Part shown: piece by piece, positions 51,270 to 64,000 of the stretch
Layout of the letters: the number at the start of each line of letters is the position of its first letter
Numbering within the stretch: the first letter of the stretch is position 1
Assembly (NCBI GenBank): GCA_002269645.1
Contig: NIVC01000915.1
Location: forward strand, 1 to 64,000
Direction: 5' to 3'
DNA from: Macrostomum lignano
Lineage: Eukaryota
DNA length: 64,000 nt
The notes under the pieces: generated by a model
Seen by the model: the letters and a program-made list of their open reading frames with translations, nothing else
Told to the model about the DNA's origin: nothing
Database searches by the model: none
Made by a program: the position numbers and the translations under genes

Positions 51270-54200
51270 ATGGCAACCAGACTGGCGTTCCTGGCGGCCT
51301 TGGCCGTGCTGCTCGCCGTCTGCCCGCCGCAGCCGGTGGCCGCCGGCTCCGTGACCTGCAAGCCCAGCCCGCTGGAGATCGTCTTCGCCATCGACGTGTC
51401 CTCCTCGCTGACCCGGACTGACTTCGCCAACTTGAAGAAATTCCTGCAGGCGATGGCCGAGCACCTGCCGATTGCTGAGACCGCAACAAGGCCGGCCGTC
51501 ATCAGCTTCTCCACCAATGTCAAGGTGAGACCAGCTGCTCAACTTGTAGGCGGGGGATTTCATAGCTCATTGAGACTGGCTGCTACCACTGGTCATGCCA
51601 GAGTTTTATACTCATTGGTACTGGGCATTGGTCATAAATACTGGCCAGAGAGACTGGTCAGAGAGACTGGTCATAGATACTGTTCATAGATACGGGTTAT
51701 AAATAAATACTAGTCATAAATACTGGTCGTAGATGCTATACATAGATACGAGTCATAAATACTGATCATAGATACTGGTCAAGATATTGGTCATAGATAC
51801 TGGCCACGTCATGGAGATTGGTCATAGGGGCTGGTCATGTGGATTGGTCATAAGGACATGTTAAACATAGGGTCATGCCTGTAATTCAGACGATCCATAA
51901 CTCATAATTCCGATTGGAATCGATCATAAAGAATATTCATTGCTTCTTCTTCAGCACTGGCTTTCGGGTCTGTGTCCTTAATCAATAATCGCCTTAAGTC
52001 GATTTATTTGATCCAAATCCCCGCACCAGGTGGAGGTCGACCTCGGCGATGCCAACGATCTGCAGAGCTTCAAGAACGGCATCGAGGCCATCCCGTACTA
52101 TCGCGGCTTCACCGCCACTGGCTCCGCCATGCAGACGGCGCGCCGCACCGTCTTCTCCAAGTCCCGTTCCGGAGCATCCAAGCTGCTCGTGGTGGTCACC
52201 GACGGCCGGGCGAACTACCCGGGCAGCAGGGCCGAGGCCATCGCGCTGGTGCGCTCCGAGTCCGAGGAGCTGCGCAACGCCGGTGTCCGCATTCACGCCA
52301 TCGGCATTGGTGACATCTGGCTGAAGTGAGTGCTGGCATCACTGGGAATTGGACTTAAGTGGGACTGTAGGATTGGGACGGATTGGGACTGGTGTGAAAC
52401 TGGATGGGTTCCAATCCAGCCCTTCAACTCGTCACCTCCCCGACCCCAAAGAGACGAACTGGTGGCCATCGCCGGCTCAGATGACTACTCCATGATCCAC
52501 GACTTCGACGGTCTGAAGGCTCTGGTGGACAACATGGTGAAGGACATCTGCAGCGTGCGCTGCGACGACCTCGGCGAGGAGAGCTTCCCTGGCCAGTGCT
52601 TCAGCGGCACCCAGCGAATCGTGAACGTCAAAAAGACGCACAACAAAGCTCTGAAGCGCTGCGAGAAGGCCATCACCTACGAGTACAAGTACTGCGGTGA
52701 GTGAACAGCAATGATAGCTAAAGAATTGAGGTTTTGGGTGGTGACCCCCCAGTCCTTGGACTGAATAGCCGTACGCAGCCTTCAAATGCGCCGCGCAATA
52801 GCTGCGGCTGAGCTGTCGGTTGCACATCTGCCCATTGGGGCAGGTGTAATCAATTATTATATATTATTACTTCGTATTAGCTACCAAACAGTATTTTTGG
52901 TCATTATTCTCGTATTATCCATTTTAAATGCCCGGCCCCTTTCCACAGGCAACTCTCACCTTTGCAAGGATGTGGATGTGACAATTGAGGACTGCGTGAA
53001 CGGCGTTCGCAAGATTGTCACCACCTGGGAGGACTATGACGTCAAGCAGCAGAAGTGCGTCCTCCGGCGATCCGTGCAGGAGACCGACTGCAGTGAGTGC
53101 CTGCTGAAGGGATAGAAACCTTTGCGCCACCATCCAGCCATAGCTGGATGGTGAGCTCCTCTGACGAAATTCGCAATCAGTTGCTATCTGCCGTGATATA
53201 CGTACAGTCATCCACACCTCTCATTAAAATCTTAGCTCCAACTCGCCCGCAGACGCCATCGAAGAGTGCAAGGAGCCGGTGGCCGAGATCATGTTCATCC
53301 TGGACAGCTCCGGCTCCATCAATGACCAGAACTGGCGACTGCAGGTGAACTTCGTCCACCGCATGGTCAGCAACATGAAGGTCGGTCCCGGCGCCATCCA
53401 CATCGGCGTCATCGTGTTCGGCACCAACGTGTGGAACGACATCCCACTGGGCTCAATTGGCTCCAAGCCGCAGCTGCTGCAGCGCATCCTGGCCCTGCAG
53501 AGGCGCGTCAATCAGTGGACGAACACCGGCGACGGCATCGCCAAGGCTCGCACAGAGCTCGGCCGGCTCTCCCGTCCCGGCGTGTCCCGCATGGCCATCC
53601 TCATGACCGACGGTGAGAGCAACCGCGGCGCCAATGCCATCAGCGAGGCGGCTAAACTGGAGAGCGAAGGCACAACCATCGTTGTGATTGGCGTAGGCAA
53701 GGACCTCAAGAGGTGAGCATACAATCCCACCTTTTCCCATCGGGAACTTGTGCGGTATGGCTCGTAAAATGTCTTTTGTTGCATTCTTGCTTTCAGTATC
53801 CGATTCTTCGTGTGGTAATTGTAGCCAAAAACATGCTCACCATGTTCGTAAATTTATTGCTCATCCATACGTTTATCATATACACACGCGCGCGGACACA
53901 CAGGTTCAGTGGCTCGCAATAGCCTAATTGCTGGCGGTTGCTTGCGGCCCCCCACATTATGCCCCTATATCAAAGCCGATTTTCTCGTCGTCCATAACTA
54001 GCCATGCTTCATGCTAACATATAGCAGAAGACGAAATGGAATCTTGGATGCGTGCCAAGGACCCCTAGTAGTTCTTTGTGTAACCTCAGAATAAGAGTTT
54101 TAATCTGGCTTTCCGGATAGAATGGTCCTGAGATATAACTCACGACTTATCAATCATTTCGCTCCAGAGAGGAGCTGCAGGCTATCGCGACCCCGCCGCT

Positions 54201-55989
54201 CTCCGACCACCTCTTCTACGCTACGGACTTCAACAAGCTGATGGACTGGGCCGCCAAGATCTCGGAGGAGACCTGCGAGAGCATCACCCCGCCAGATCCG
54301 AGCCTGTGCGACCTGCCGCCCAAGCGGGTGGTGTCGACTTGCTTCAACAGCCTGCAGAAGGTGACCGAGATCAAGTACGAGTTCGATGCTCAGGGCCGCT
54401 GCAACAAGAAGATTGTGTCGCGCACCATCTCGCCTTGCAGTGAGTTTCCATGTTGATCTCTCGCCTCTCATGCACTGAATTGGGGTGGAACACAAAGCGA
54501 GCGGCTTGATAGGGGGGGGGGGGGAAGGGCCAACCATTGACTCAAGAACCTCACCGGACAGGCAAAACTTTTAACAGCTTGCTTGCGAAAGTTTAGTAGC
54601 TTGGTTAAAATGTGTGTGCTTTAGCTTTGGCTAGGCTTTGTAGCTCGTAATATGCTTTCCTCTCTTTTTCCTCGGGATGCATTTGTCTGGCCGTCGGAAT
54701 TTTGCCCGCCGACATTTTCCCGTTGTAACAGTGCATGGCTAATTCGCTCACTTAGTTTTGGCATTTAGACCTGCGCAAAAGCTGCGCAAACAGCAAAGGG
54801 CTGATGCAGGTGCCCCTGAGGGACATCCATATATGCATGTGTAAATGTACAGAGCGCCAACGAGATGTCGCTGCCCTGAAGTTAGTCCGTGCCGGACGGC
54901 CGCAGATGTAGTTGACCACCCATTAAGTGAGCCAGGCTGGAGTGGCAGGACTTTGCAGGTCTTGTAGCAACTCACAGTGGTCGACAGTGTCAAATGCTTG
55001 CTGTAAACCCTGTAAACCGGTTGCGGAGGTTTCGTCCGACAGAAGCTCCTCACAATTACTAGCCTGGGAGCAGTAAACGATCTAGGCTTTTAGCTGCAGG
55101 GCAGACGAAGGAGACGGAGGCGATAGGGTTTGCCATTGAGTGGATCTTTGTTGGCCTTCAGAAGCGGACTCTGGGATCCGGTTCAGTTACTGTGAACCAG
55201 CCGAGTGAGCGCCTGCAAAACTTTGGGTCCAAAGTGCTAGAGAAGTAAGGGCGAAGGCCGTCCGGGCCAATGGCTTCGGTTGGACGGGATTTGCGGATGG
55301 CACGGCTGACATTCTCTTTGGAGAAAATAGTAGCCGTCTCTAATATAGCTAGAAACTAGGGCGTTGGCAATATTCAGTTTAACAGATCGCAGGTTTTACT
55401 TGACAGTCCCATCGAGCCTCTCCAAGTGCCTTTTCGAAAGCTAGAAAGCCCTACGAACTCATAGGCCTAAATGAAAGTAGATAGAATGCATTTTGCAAGA
55501 AAAAATTAACGACCAAACACAGATTGCTCAAATTGAGCTGCACTGTCCTTACTGTACATGATTTCCGTGATCTTTTTCCTTGGTTAATATACACGCATGC
55601 GCGCTATATCCCAACCCGCAGAGGTGATCTGCACCGACCCCATCAACGGCAACCAGTACTACGAGGGTGAGACCTGGAAGTCCGAGTGCGCCACCTTCGT
55701 CTGCAAGCGGCCAACCTCTCAGACGGAAGTGTTCAAGCCCACTGCTCAAGGTAAGATACTACTTGTTCAAACTTTCTATCAGTAGCTGAAAAGCGAATGA
55801 GCGTGACCAAGTCTCTATCTCTCTGCAGAGTGCCCCGGCTCTGAGAACCGGTGCTACGGCACCTCCAGCAGCGCCAACTTCAAGTGCCACGACGACCGCG
55901 GCGCCCTGTTCGGCCACTGCAGCTGCCAGGCGCAGAACGGCAGCCCGCTGCTGAGGGTGATCACCGCCGACGCCAACGCCAAGCCGTGA
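51270..55989 (+). CDS. Secreted double-VWA, Cys-rich protein, copy 1; exons 51270-51524, 52030-52325, 52452-52696, 52949-53092, 53253-53712, 54168-54439, 55622-55750, 55829-55989
   Basis: Signal peptide, VWA1 (FAIDVSSS, FTATG, VVTDG) and VWA2 (FILDSSGS, WTNTG, LMTDG) with MIDAS motifs, Cys-rich linkers, and a VWC-like tail (YYEGETWKSECATFVC). All junctions are GT/AG and in frame. Confidence 0.9.
52731..52868 (+). mobile_element. 5'-truncated copy of the SINE at 1591-1903, in a VWA intron
   Basis: Shares gacccc..ctgaa.agccgta.gcagccttc..gctgcggctgagctgtcggttgcacatctgccc..gcaggtgtaa.caattatt. Confidence 0.8.
54760..55330 (-). mobile_element. Highly degenerate LINE reverse-transcriptase fragment in VWA copy-1 intron 6
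   Basis: The minus strand gives VSRAIRKSRPTEAIGPDG, CPAAKSLDRLLLP, AFDTVDHCELLQDL and WVVNYICGR.ARTNFRG, broken by stops and frameshifts. Confidence 0.7.
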
Positions 55990-57599
55990 AGCAGCCACTC
56001 GCGTGGATATGCATAGTTATGCTTACTATATGACTACTTCCTTACAAAATTTATCATGAATTTAGTTACTTATTATACAACTTTCAAGGTTAATTATTAA
56101 TGAAAGAGACTACTCAGTACACTTGTGCTAGAGGGGTAATGATATGAAAGTAGCAGAAGACTTTATTTGCTAAATAAATTATTAATTATTCATTTAGAAA
56201 GCAGCACTTAATTAGAAAGTAGGTTTGAAACCTTATTGAACGCAAATAAGTGTTTCGGTATAAAGTCGATAACTGATGGCAGTTCAAAAGAAAATAGAGA
56301 TAGATAGACGTAACAAGAAAGGTGTACGCAACAAGCAGTCACTACACAATTAATCAGTCTAATGAATACAGGAGAATTTGATACTTGTTGAAGTTTTTTT
56401 GGCTTTTACGAGGTTATAATAATAATAATATTGATAATTGCAATTGCCAGAAGGCTGTCGGCGTCTTGGGGCAAAGTTTTGTGCGATATGGTCCCACAAC
56501 CCATTCCGCTGAGCACATACAGATACAGTACGTAGGCACGCAATCATACACACGCTCACACAGGATGTACAGCTGCGATGCTATGCTGAGTATTCTTATT
56601 ACTCGTTTCATGCAAAGTTTGAGAATTGTTTCGAGATGCTACCAGTATCCTGTTGATATTGTTTTCACCTTAACCAGATTATTCGTATAGTTTGCTCAGG
56701 TTTCGTCTTGATGTGTTGCAGTGCCGTATCAATTTACTCGTTAGTCAATCAATAAGCCTGAAGGTGCGATGCTGCACAGTCAGTCGATCACATCCACCAA
56801 AGAGCCATAGAGTCCTTCAACACACTCGGTCTCATTGGTAGTGGCATAAAGAGCGCTGATTGCTAGAGCCGGAATCACCGTGGCAACTGCATAAGCATAG
56901 AAGAAGACTTTATCGGCCCCTTGGGTTGTCGGAAACGTCAGTCAGCTGATCAGCAGCGCTTGCAGCCACCTGCTGCGATCTCTTCTTCCCAGCGACAAGC
57001 CGGTTAAGAAAGAGCGCCCGGATCAGCCGGTCGCAGCGACCGTTGCCGACGAGCTGCTTGGCGTGGCAACTGAGCACGAATACGTTGCAGAGCACGTTTA
57101 GCATTGTAGTCACCACTGCGGTGCTGAAGTACCAGGCTGAAACAGAATAAAACGCCATTCAAAATGCGCTTCTATGCGCCGCGTGTGCGAAGTGGAAGCA
57201 TCGTGATGCTCACTGGTGAGCGGCACGGACTCGCTCTGAGCAGGCGTGTAGTCGCCAGCCAGCTGCAGGAACACGCACATGGACAGCAAGATGGTGACGC
57301 TGAACGACACTCGCTCGCCGCACTCCGGCGGCAGGCGGAATGCGAGAGCAGAGATGGCGAGGAGAAGGATGCTGGGAAAAAGAAGATTGGTTACGTAGAA
57401 GGCTGGCCGTCTCTGAAAAGGAGGCGGTACTGTTGCCTACTGGATGCGAGGCGATAGCGTTTTTGCAGCTGTCTATTCGACGGGCCCAGGACATTTGACT
57501 GTCCCAGTTTGACTGCCAACCATCTAACCACCGACCCTAATCAAAACCCATTACCTGAGTTTTTGGCAGTCAGATGTCGGGCATGCCTGATTCGACATG

Positions 57600-58192
57600 T
57601 CTTGCCCTCCTGACCTCTTGACTTCTTGCCTTCTTTACCTCTTGACCGCTTGCCCTCTTGCCCTCTTGCCCTTGCCCTCTTGACCTATTGCCCTCTTGAT
57701 CTCTTGCCCTCTTGACCTTCTGACGTCTCGCCCTCTTGACCCCTTGCCCTCTTGCCCTCTTGACCTCTTGCCCTCTTGACCTCTTGCCCACTTGACCTCT
57801 TGCCCTCTTGCCCTCCTGACCTCCTGACTTCTTGCCTTCTTTAAATCTTGACCTTTTGCCCTCTTGCCCTTGCCCTCTTGACCTATTGCCCTCTTGATCT
57901 CTTGCCCTCTTGACCTTCTGACGTCTCGCCCTCTTGACCTCTTGCCCTCTTGCCCTCTTGACCTCTTGCCCTCTTGACCTCTTGCCCACTTGACCTCTTG
58001 CCCTCTTGCCCTCCTGACCTCCTGACTTCTTGCCTTCTTTAAATCTTGACCTTTTGCCCTCTTGCCCTTGCCCTCTTGACCTATTGCCCTCTTGATCTCT
58101 TGCCCTCTTGACCTTCTGACGTCTTGCCCTCTTGCCCTCTTGCCTTCTTGACCTCTTGCCCTCTTGGCCTCTTGCCTTCTTGACCTCTTGAC
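57600..58192. repeat. Pyrimidine-rich ccctcttg/acctcttg repeat with higher-order periodicity, in the channel-gene intron
   Basis: Short units are arranged in ~200-bp recurring blocks. Confidence 0.9.
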
Positions 58193-58620
58193 CTGGACGG
58201 AAAAGGTTGTTTCAATACCAACTTACTTGAAATTTGAGTGCAAAGATGATCGTGTCAACCGATTCAAAGCCGTCACCAAGGACACGCTCTTCTATAATTA
58301 TTTTCGGTACGCAAAACTCGCTGCTCTTGGTCAGGTAGGTTCAAGGTCCGTTATCTGGGAATGAAGCCACCTTGAGCGATGTTACATACCTGCTCTGCAT
58401 CTGGGGGCTGAAGATCAGGCCGCATTTCTGACTGTCGAACGGGAAGAAAAGCATTTCCATCTGACTTTTGAAAGTGGCGTGCAGCATCTTGCTGTGATAG
58501 ACCGCCCCATCGCTCACGATTCGAGCTGGCGTCTGGTTCGGCGCCACCTCCTTCCGCTCCATCCTGCGTAGTGAAACAATTATGGCATCGAAATTATTCT
58601 CAAGGTTTTCCTGGCACGAG

Positions 58621-59088
58621 CGCAGATACTAGAATAACTGGATGGGCCCATCAGCACATTTTGCGTGTAAACTACTTTCAGTTCAGTAGTGAGTTAAATT
58701 GAAGCTTTTAATGAATTTTTAAAGCCAGGGCTCATTTATTGACTCTTACCCCAAGCCTAAACCCCCCACCGCGCCTATCCACACTACCCCCGACCCGCCC
58801 CTCCCCAATTTTTATTGCCTTTCTCGGAATTCCAGCCTAAAGTTGCCATGTACATTTCAGTTTACTGGCTAATGTACATTATTGCTGAACCAATTAGCAA
58901 GTTGTTTACGCCTGCATCTATGCATGTCTGTGCACGCCTGGATTACGCTGGCTTCTAAACTTATCAAATCATTTCAGCTGCCTTTAAAATAGCTTATGTA
59001 TTCTTCTTTGCTACTGAACTGAAAGTAGAAAGCTGTTTTACTAAGCATGTATGCCTGAGTGGCTCATCTCGATATTTTAGTATCTGTG
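58621..59088. mobile_element. Copy 2 of the CACAGATACT-ended element, opposite orientation
   Basis: Reverse-complement similarity to 50056-50526 and perfect TSD ggcacgag (58613-58620, 59089-59096). Confidence 0.9.
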
Positions 59089-59451
59089 GGCACGAGTGGC
59101 TCAGTGTTCCTCGCAACTCACTCAGAGTTTGTTGTCGCTTCGGGTTGCCAAAGTTTACCGGGTGCCACATGGATGACCTCAATATCGTCAAAAGTCGAGT
59201 TGAACTTGCCATGCCACGGCAACCGCGAATCGAACCATTGCTGTATGGAGAAGCGGCGGTTTGGTGAGAGACTCTGTCACAGCCTAAACCCCATCATCAC
59301 ACGAGCGTACTGTGGCACTTTCAAGTACCTTTCGAAACAAAAACTGCAGCCTCACCTCCTGAGAATCAGGGTTCTGAAAGCAGTCGAAGCAGCAATAATA
59401 TTTATAAGAGGCTGGATGTGTTGATGCCGAGCCATTGGCGAATGTAATTCA

Positions 59452-59710
59452 TTGGTGACTGTCAAATTGGTGACTGTCAGATTGGTGACAATCAAATTCG
59501 TGACAATCAAATTCGTGACATTCAACTTAGTGAGAGTCAAATTGGTGACAGTTAAATTGGTGACAGTTAAATTGGTGACAGTTAAATTGGTGACAGTCAA
59601 ATTGGAGACAATCAAATTGGTGACAGTTAAATTGGTGACAGTTAAATTGGTGACAGTTAAATTGGTGACAGTCAAATTGGTGACAGTCAAATTGGTGACA
59701 GTCAAATTGA
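59452..59710. repeat. 15-bp minisatellite gtgacagttaaattg
   Basis: Tandem copies. Confidence 0.9.
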
Positions 59711-60127
59711 TATACCAGAGACAAATAAAACTGATTTGAAAAATTATTCTCGCAGTTAAACTAATATTGGGATTTAAAAGTCAAAATTCTCCCGGAAAGT
59801 ACAAACTACAGGTCAACCTGTCTGGGTTAGTAAGTTTTAGATTAAATTTCAGGTTTTCTGCACTGTTTTGAAAGATTTGTCTATAACGATTTTTTAATTC
59901 GTTTCAGAAGCCAAAAAATCTTAATCTTTTTTCGATAGCGGGCCCCCATTGATTCTCCATATCTGCCAGCGACCCCCAGGGTCAAACCTGCATGTAGATA
60001 TCGTTGCCATTGACAACGAGTCTGTGGGTGTATTGGATTCAGATTAGAACTAAATTTCTCTATAAGAGTATGAAGAAATTTCACCTAAAAAATCAACCTA
60101 CCCTCAAAGCTACCGCCTAGCAACAGC

Positions 60128-63100
60128 ATGGCAACAAGTCGTTACGCCCTGGCCGCTCTGGTGGCTGCTGTTGCCATCCTGCTCGCCGTCTGCCCGCCGC
60201 AGCCGGTGGCCGCCGGCTCCGTGACCTGCAAGCCCAGCCCGCTGGAGATCGTCTTCGCCATCGACGTGTCCTCCTCGCTGACCCGGACTGACTTCGCCAA
60301 CTTGAAGAAATTCCTACAGGCGATGGCCGAGCACCTGCCGATTGCTGAGACTGCAACAAGGCCGGCCGTCATCAGCTTCTCCACAAACGTCAAGGTGAAG
60401 CCTGTCCCAATGTGTCTTTCCCAATGTGTCTGTCCCAATGCGTCTGTCCCAATGCGTCTGTCCCAATGTGTCTGTCCCAATGCGTCTGTCCCAATGCGTC
60501 TGTCCCAATGCGTCTGTCCCAATGCGTCTGTCCCAATGTGTCTCTCCCAATGTGTCTGTCCCAGTGTGTCTGTCCCAATGCGTCTGTCCCAATGCGTCTG
60601 TCCCAATGCGTCTGTCCCAATGCGTCTGTCCCAATGCGTCTGTCCCAATGTGTCTCTCCCAATGTGACTGTCCTAGTGTGTCTGTCCCAATGTGTCTGTC
60701 CCAATGTGTCTGTCCCAATGCGTCTGTCCCAATGCGTCTGTCCCAATGTGTCTCTCCCAATGTGACTGTCCCAGTGTGTCTGTCCCAATGCGTCTGTCCT
60801 AATGTGCCTCTCCTAATGCGTCTGTCCCAATGCGTCTGTCCCAATGCGTCTGTCCCAGTTTGTCTCTCCCAATGTGACTCTCCCAGTGTGTCTGTCCCAA
60901 TGTGTCTCTCCCAATGCGTCTGTCCCAATGCGTCTGTCCCAATGTGTCTCTCCCAATGTGTCTCTCCCAATGTGACTATCCCAATGTGTCTCTCCCAATG
61001 TGACTGTCCCAGTGTGTCTGTCCCAATGTGTCTGCCCCAATGTGTCTCTCCCAATGTGACTATCCCAACGTGTCTGTCCCAATGTGTCTGTCCCAATGTG
61101 TCTGTTCATTCAGGTTGAGATCGACCTCGGCGACGCCACAGACGTGCAGAGCTTCAAGGCGGGAGTGGACACCATCCCATTCTACCGCGGCTTCACCGCC
61201 ACTGGCGCCGCCATGCAGACGGCGCGTCGCACCGTGTTTCCGGAGTCGCGTCTGGGTGCCTCCAAGATGCTGGTGGTGGTGACGGATGGCCGGGCGAACT
61301 ACCCAGGCGGCAGGCAGGAGGCTCTGGCGATGATTCACTCCGAGTCTGAGGAGCTGCGCAACAACGGAGTCCGCATTCACGCCATCGGCATTGGCGACAT
61401 CTGGCTGAAGTGAGCATAGCAACGGTGGATAGCAGCATAGCAACGGTGGATAGCAGCATAGCAACGGTGGATAGCAGCATAGCAACGGTGGATAGCAGCA
61501 TAGCAACGGTGGATAGCAGCAAAGCAACAGTGTACAGCAGCATAGCAACAGTGGATAACAGCATAGCAACGGTGAATAGCAGCATAGCAACTGTGGATAG
61601 CAGCATACACATATATATTACCAATTTTATTGTTCAAAATGAACAAGCTGTGAAAGTGGAACATCTCGATCATACCAATTGTGCTTTTCTACAAGGAAAT
61701 ACTTGCCACCTGGCAGCATGATAAACAGTGGCCCATTGTTCACTTCAGAGACGACCTGGTGGCCATAGCCGGCTCAGATGACTACTCCATGATCAACGAC
61801 TTTGAAGCTCTCAAGGCCCTGGTGGACAACCTGGTGAAGGACATCTGCAGGGTGCGCTGCGACGACCTCGGCGAGGAGAGCTTCCCTGGCCAGTGCTTCA
61901 GCGGCACCCAGCGAATCGTGAACGTCAAGAGAACGCAGAACAAGGCGTTGAGCCGGTGCGAGAAGGCCATCACGTACGAGTACAAATACTGCGGTGAGTC
62001 AAGTTTAATTTTACAAGCTACATTGCTTTTCGTATTAAAGGCTAATAAGTCTCGATTTACAATCTAAACTCACCAGGTGACTCACACCTGTGCAAGGACG
62101 TTGACGTCCAGGTTGAGGACTGCGTGAACGGCGTTCGCAAGATTGTCACCACCTGGGAGGACTATGACCTCAAGCAGCAGAAGTGCGTCCTCCGACGGTC
62201 CGTTCAAGAGACTGACTGCAGTGAGTTTTCGCCTTTTCAACTTTTAACCTGTGCATCCTCTGCGCAGTTCACGCATCGACCTCACTATCTGTTGCCGCAT
62301 TCCAGACGCCATCGAGAAGTGCAAGGAGCCAGTGGCCGAGATCATGTTCCTTCTGGACAGCTCCGGATCCATCAGCGACGAGAACTGGAAGCTGCAGGTG
62401 AATTTCGTCCACCGCATGGTTAGCAACATGAACATCGGCCCCAAGGCGATGCAGATTGGTGTCACTGTCTTCGGCACCGAGGTCTGGAATGACATCCTGC
62501 TGGGCTCACAGTACACCATACCCGGCCTGCTGCTCATGGAGATTAAGAGGCTGAGACGCCGCATCAACCAGTGGACGAACACAGGCGACGCCCTCGCCAT
62601 GGCGCGAACAGAGATTGCCAAGCGAGCGCGGCCGGGCGTGTCCAGGACGGTCATCCTCATGACGGACGGCGAGAGCAACCGCGGGGCCAATGCCATCAGC
62701 GAGGCGGCCAAGCTGGAGAGCGCCGGGGTCAGCATCATCGTGATCGGCGTAGGAAACGACCTGAAGAGGTGAGATCGCGATATGTGAATGAGAAGGAAAC
62801 TTCCCTATCATGTTGTCCTGCTGACAGCCAAGTATGCATCTAACAGCAGACAGTCTGCAGGGCCGATGCTTGTATTTGTAGGCCCAGGTTCCAATCTGGG
62901 AGATGGTCCAGAAAGGAACGAGTTCAGAACCAAGCAGAAGGCATATTGCTTCTAAATCTCAAATCCCATTCTTCCCAGAGAGGAGCTACAGGCTATCGCG
63001 ACCCCGCCGCTCTCCGACCACCTCTTCTACGCTACGGACTTCAACAAGCTGATGGACTGGGCCGCCAAGATCTCGGAGGAGACCTGCGAGAGCATCACCC

Positions 63101-64000
63101 CGCCAGATCCGAGCCTGTGCGACCTGCCGCCCAAGCGGGTGGTGTCGACTTGCTTCAACAGCCTGCAGAAGGTGACTGAGATCAAGTACGAGTTCGATGC
63201 TCAGGGCCGCTGCAACAAGAAGATTGTGTCGCGCACCATCTCGCCTTGCAGTGAGTGCATTGAAAGGGGAGCGAGTTGCTGAGAGGTAGTGTCCAACTCT
63301 CAAATCGATCGTGTTTCGATAGCATCCCGGACAAAATGATTTCAGAGGAGAATCAGCGTGCTCATAACGCCATCTAAGCGTTATGAGAAGTTTAAGCATT
63401 AATTCTAAAAAATCTTCGTTTTATTTTCGTGCGAGCAAATCGGATTGTTGAGAGTCATACCCGCGAGGCCCACCTCACAGGTTGCAGAGTGTGCAGGAGC
63501 TACGGACCTAACGAATTAGAGCAGCTGACATCAGCTAAAGAGTTGGCATCAGCAGATATCTAGAATATTTTGCGTCTCTCTTGGAGACAGATATCGCACA
63601 ATGACTGACTTGGTCTTTGTTTCATTTCCACATCGCATCATCTGTGGCATCGCATTTCAACTGAATCCCGCAACCCCGCAGAGGTGATCTGCACCGACCC
63701 CATCAACGGCAACCAGTACTACGAGGGTGAGACCTGGAAGTCCGACTGCGCCACCTTCGTCTGCAAGCGGCCAACCTCGCAGACGGAAGTGTTCAAGCCC
63801 ACTGCTCAAGGTGAGGCGTTTTGCTTTGCTTTACTGTGATGCAACTCTAATTCCCTTGGCATTTCTTAGAAAGAGAGACCGGAACAGCTCATTTCTGAGC
63901 AGAAGTTTTCTAAACATTTCCTCAACAGACTGCGCCGGAGTGCAGAACCGCTGCCACAGCAAGAACAGCCCGGACAGTTTCAAGTGCCACGACGATAGAG
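60128..64000 (+). CDS. Secreted double-VWA protein, copy 2 (runs off the window); exons 60128-60394, 61114-61409, 61749-61993, 62077-62220, 62306-62768, 62979-63250, 63682-63810, 63929->64000
   Basis: Same exon count, phases and domain order as copy 1. Confidence 0.9.
60402..61103. repeat. 14-bp minisatellite gtctgtcccaatgc filling VWA copy-2 intron 1
   Basis: Runs from just after the donor to just before the acceptor. Confidence 0.95.
61412..61605. repeat. 21-bp minisatellite agcatagcaacggtggatagc in VWA copy-2 intron 2
   Basis: Starts inside the GTGAG donor. Confidence 0.9.

Larger units (their letters stand above)
56780..59240 (-). pseudogene. Cys-loop ligand-gated ion channel (nAChR-like) gene, apparently disrupted; exons ~59240-59122, 58563-58226, 57412-57211, ~57137-56780; 5' exon(s) not located
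   Basis: QWFDSRLPW..LWQPE, FPFDSQKC, FALKFQ|RRPAFY, TM1-TM2 LLFPSILL..LPPECGERVSFSVTILLS, TM3 and TM4 DKVFF. There is an in-frame TGA at ~58341 and a frameshift in the TM3-TM4 loop. Confidence 0.8.

Noticed and set aside
57413-57520. Apparent extra frameshifted coding sequence before RRPAFY in the channel gene
   Set aside because: cctccttttcag is a good acceptor that joins in phase to the FALKFQ exon, so this stretch is intron.
60142-61118. Cys-rich repeat ORFs (MRLSQCVCPNASVP)
   Set aside because: Intronic 14-bp minisatellite. Proper GT/AG sites skip it and restore alignment with VWA copy 1.

Overview
Eukaryotic, intron-containing animal DNA with GC-rich exons, AT-rich spacers and tandem repeats in most introns. 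The style suggests a free-living flatworm such as Macrostomum (inference only, no search run). No prokaryotic features or CRISPR arrays. Left to right: (1) an old tandem duplication of a two-gene unit, a class C GPCR on + and a divergent type II pantothenate-kinase-like gene on -. The two GPCRs look homogenised by gene conversion, while the first kinase copy is a pseudogene. (2) An intronless secreted PAN-like/LamG-like gene. (3) Nested hAT-type MITEs. (4) An RTE-like retrotransposon with twin-priming-type 5' inversion and a 17-bp array at the junction. (5) A full-length RNase H-containing R1/LOA-like LINE with a TAATG stop-start overlap. (6) NOP58 and GAR1 side by side, with an array of 11 CRE palindromes between them, then an uncharacterised gene. 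(7) Two tandem secreted double-VWA genes with exon-limited near-identity, flanking a disrupted Cys-loop channel gene. An 8-bp-TSD DNA-transposon family is present, including a 20-bp TIR-only insertion. Exon boundaries were read by hand from GT/AG sites and frame continuity. Frameshifts in homopolymers could be assembly errors.
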